Shown piece after piece: positions 62,001 through 64,000 of a stretch of DNA of 64,000 nt. A program made the translations under genes and the position numbers. This DNA is from Bugula neritina (taxonomy: Eukaryota; Animalia; Bryozoa), in assembly GCA_964035545.1 (NCBI GenBank), contig OZ037765.1, positions 14,146,698 through 14,210,697 of the forward strand, in the 5' to 3' direction. The notes under the pieces are model-generated. The model had not been told where the DNA came from and searched no databases. It saw only the letters and a list, made by a program, of their open reading frames with translations. The first letter of the stretch is position 1. The number at the start of each line of letters is the position of its first letter.

Positions 62001-63575
62001 GTCTGGCACAGCAGTGAATAAGGGCTTTCCAAGCAAGTTTGTGCTGTAAAGGTCCGAACCCTACTATTAGTATGTTATATTCTTCATCACATGACATGCA
62101 GTTAAAAACACATTTGGTGCTAAAATGCATTGTGCAAACTTGCACTACCTACAACAGCATCATTATTTTCATCACACTTGCTATAAAATAGACTTTTATG
62201 TTTTTTATTTCCTTATAAAAACATAGAATATCAGTAAAACCTATCAGGGCTTTGCTACTATTTTTTGCTCCTACAGTTAAATTAACACTCAGAACCATAT
62301 TCTCAACTTGTTACTCCTATTCTGGGTGGCAGATAGTATAAAATAAATACATATCTGTTAATAACAAGCTAACAGGTATGTGTTTGTATGTATATTGTGC
62401 ATAAGGGAGGGAACAGAAATTGATAGTTATATTTGAAGCTGAAATAGAAAAAGAAGTGAGAGAACCCCTGATGAAAAAGCTTTCATAACAGGCTAAGGAC
62501 TTGTTTACTATTGTGACAAAAGAACAATTGTGACTAGATGCCTTTACTGAGATTCGAACCACTGGCTTCGTGTTTACAGTTGAAGCTTAGATGCTATGTA
62601 TAAAATTCAAGGCTTAAACTACGACTATCATTAATTTTGAGGACTGTGTATCTGCTAATGGTGGGATACAGATTTGGATAAAACTTAAAATAATTAATAT
62701 TCATATTTGAATGATTAATTAATGGTATATATTATACATTTGACATCTTATTGTTTAGATGTGAGTGTCAAGAATTGGCTACCATACACCTCAAATGTGT
62801 ATGTAGGATATGCATGGCGTCAACAGATAGGATAGAAAGTGATAAATAGTCGTGCAATTCTTACCACAACTAACAGGAATTTAATATTAATTATGGAATC
62901 TCTCAGAATTGAAATACAAAAAACTCTATCAATAAAGCTAAACCTTAGTTCACTAAATATTCAGAACCCAAAAGCAATTATTTTCTAAAAATACAAATAT
63001 TTCTAATCACTAACAGTGCATATGATGAGTGTCCACTGTATTACACAAGAAACATTTATAACAATTAAACTATTTCACAAATCAATTTTGATTATGAGTT
63101 ATCAGATTAAACTATTTCATACTTAAAAAGATAAACAACATTATATTTTTCCTTAAAAACTCAACTTGAGACATTTCCGTTAGACATATTATCCATCATC
63201 ATTACAGGAGCACAGTCACATTCCCCTAAGTAATGTACACTAATTATTTCTAAGGTTCTAATGTTTTAGCAAGTTTCCATTTGCCAATCTTACTAATCTT
63301 TATTGATAACACAAAACTAGCTGGGTTTAGGGTGACACTAGAACGGTGAAGCACAACAATCATTTATTCAACTCATGCAGTTGTCACCTATAAGAATGCA
63401 GTGTAGTGTTTTTAGACACCTAGACTTTCATTGTTTCAGCAAAGCTTGACATGCCCTGTTATTATCACCATAAATTATTTACCATCCTGTCTGTCAATCT
63501 CATTGCCAATATCCACTGCCATATTCTTCTGCCTCTGTATGACTTGGGAGAGAATGCCCAGTCCATCATCTTGCT
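59059..63575 (-). CDS. STX8: Syntaxin-8 (Qc-SNARE), 3' exons only; 5' exons lie beyond the window end
   Basis: Exon 63575-63483 (EQDDGLGILSQVIQRQKNMAVDIGNEIDRQD) and exon 60550-60443/60439 (GLLDDIQENVDRTDSRVREETQHVRRITLKENRGNCG) match the syntaxin-8 SNARE motif. The probable TM exon starts at 59242 (WWFALIILLLLF); its exact junction and 3' end are uncertain. Confidence 0.82.
62456..62596 (-). mobile_element. tRNA-derived SINE copy (same family as 16588-16790)
   Basis: B box GGTTCGAATC on the minus strand plus shared downstream blocks ending CATCAGGGGTTCTCTCAC. Confidence 0.6.
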
Positions 63576-64000
63576 CTGCACAAGGATAACACTATTTATA
63601 ATACAATCTGATGATCCTTTTCCAGGCTCTGCTCATGCAGCTGGCATAAAAATGTCAACACAAACAATTTGAAAAATATTTGTATTATTTTAACAACATA
63701 TCCACATGATTTTGGTAAAACTCAATAAAACAATGTAACAGACTCTGCCTGCAACAGTTATCATGTCCTAAAAGTAATTCCAAAACAAAAAATGGAAAAT
63801 AAGCTAGAAATGTGACCATCTACCATCTACCATGTAGCATATTTCTTGTATATCACCACCTAATCAATTTCAAATAAGTCTATCTCACAGAAGCCTTAAG
63901 AATGAATCCAGATTTGCATGAATACTGCAGTAATTAATTATATACCAGCTCACTATTTTGTACACCCACTGTATAATATAATGCAGTGCACTAAAACCAG

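Overview
AT-rich, intron-containing genomic DNA from an invertebrate animal; the organism cannot be named from sequence alone. Five host genes can be rebuilt from GT-AG exon chains: (1) the 3' two-thirds (domain II S4 to the C-terminus) of a four-domain Nav2-type voltage-gated channel (+, 484-12459); (2) PRPF31 (-, 12831-19284); (3) METTL23 (+, 40079-46039); (4) a netrin (+, 48803-54390); (5) the 3' exons of syntaxin-8 (-, ~59059-63575). Between the divergent PRPF31 and METTL23 genes lies a ~19 kb cluster of nested, mostly decayed transposons (RTE LINE, Gypsy, Copia, hAT, pogo). Three observations stand out. First, the netrin has a tandemly duplicated, fully intact LE2 (V-2) exon pair separated by only 62 nt, a candidate mutually exclusive switch in the UNC5-binding module. 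Second, a young 2.6-kb LTR element keeps one intact Gag-protease ORF after two in-frame deletions removed RT/RNase H and the integrase core. Third, the channel has an x-E-E-G selectivity filter and an enlarged domain III turret.
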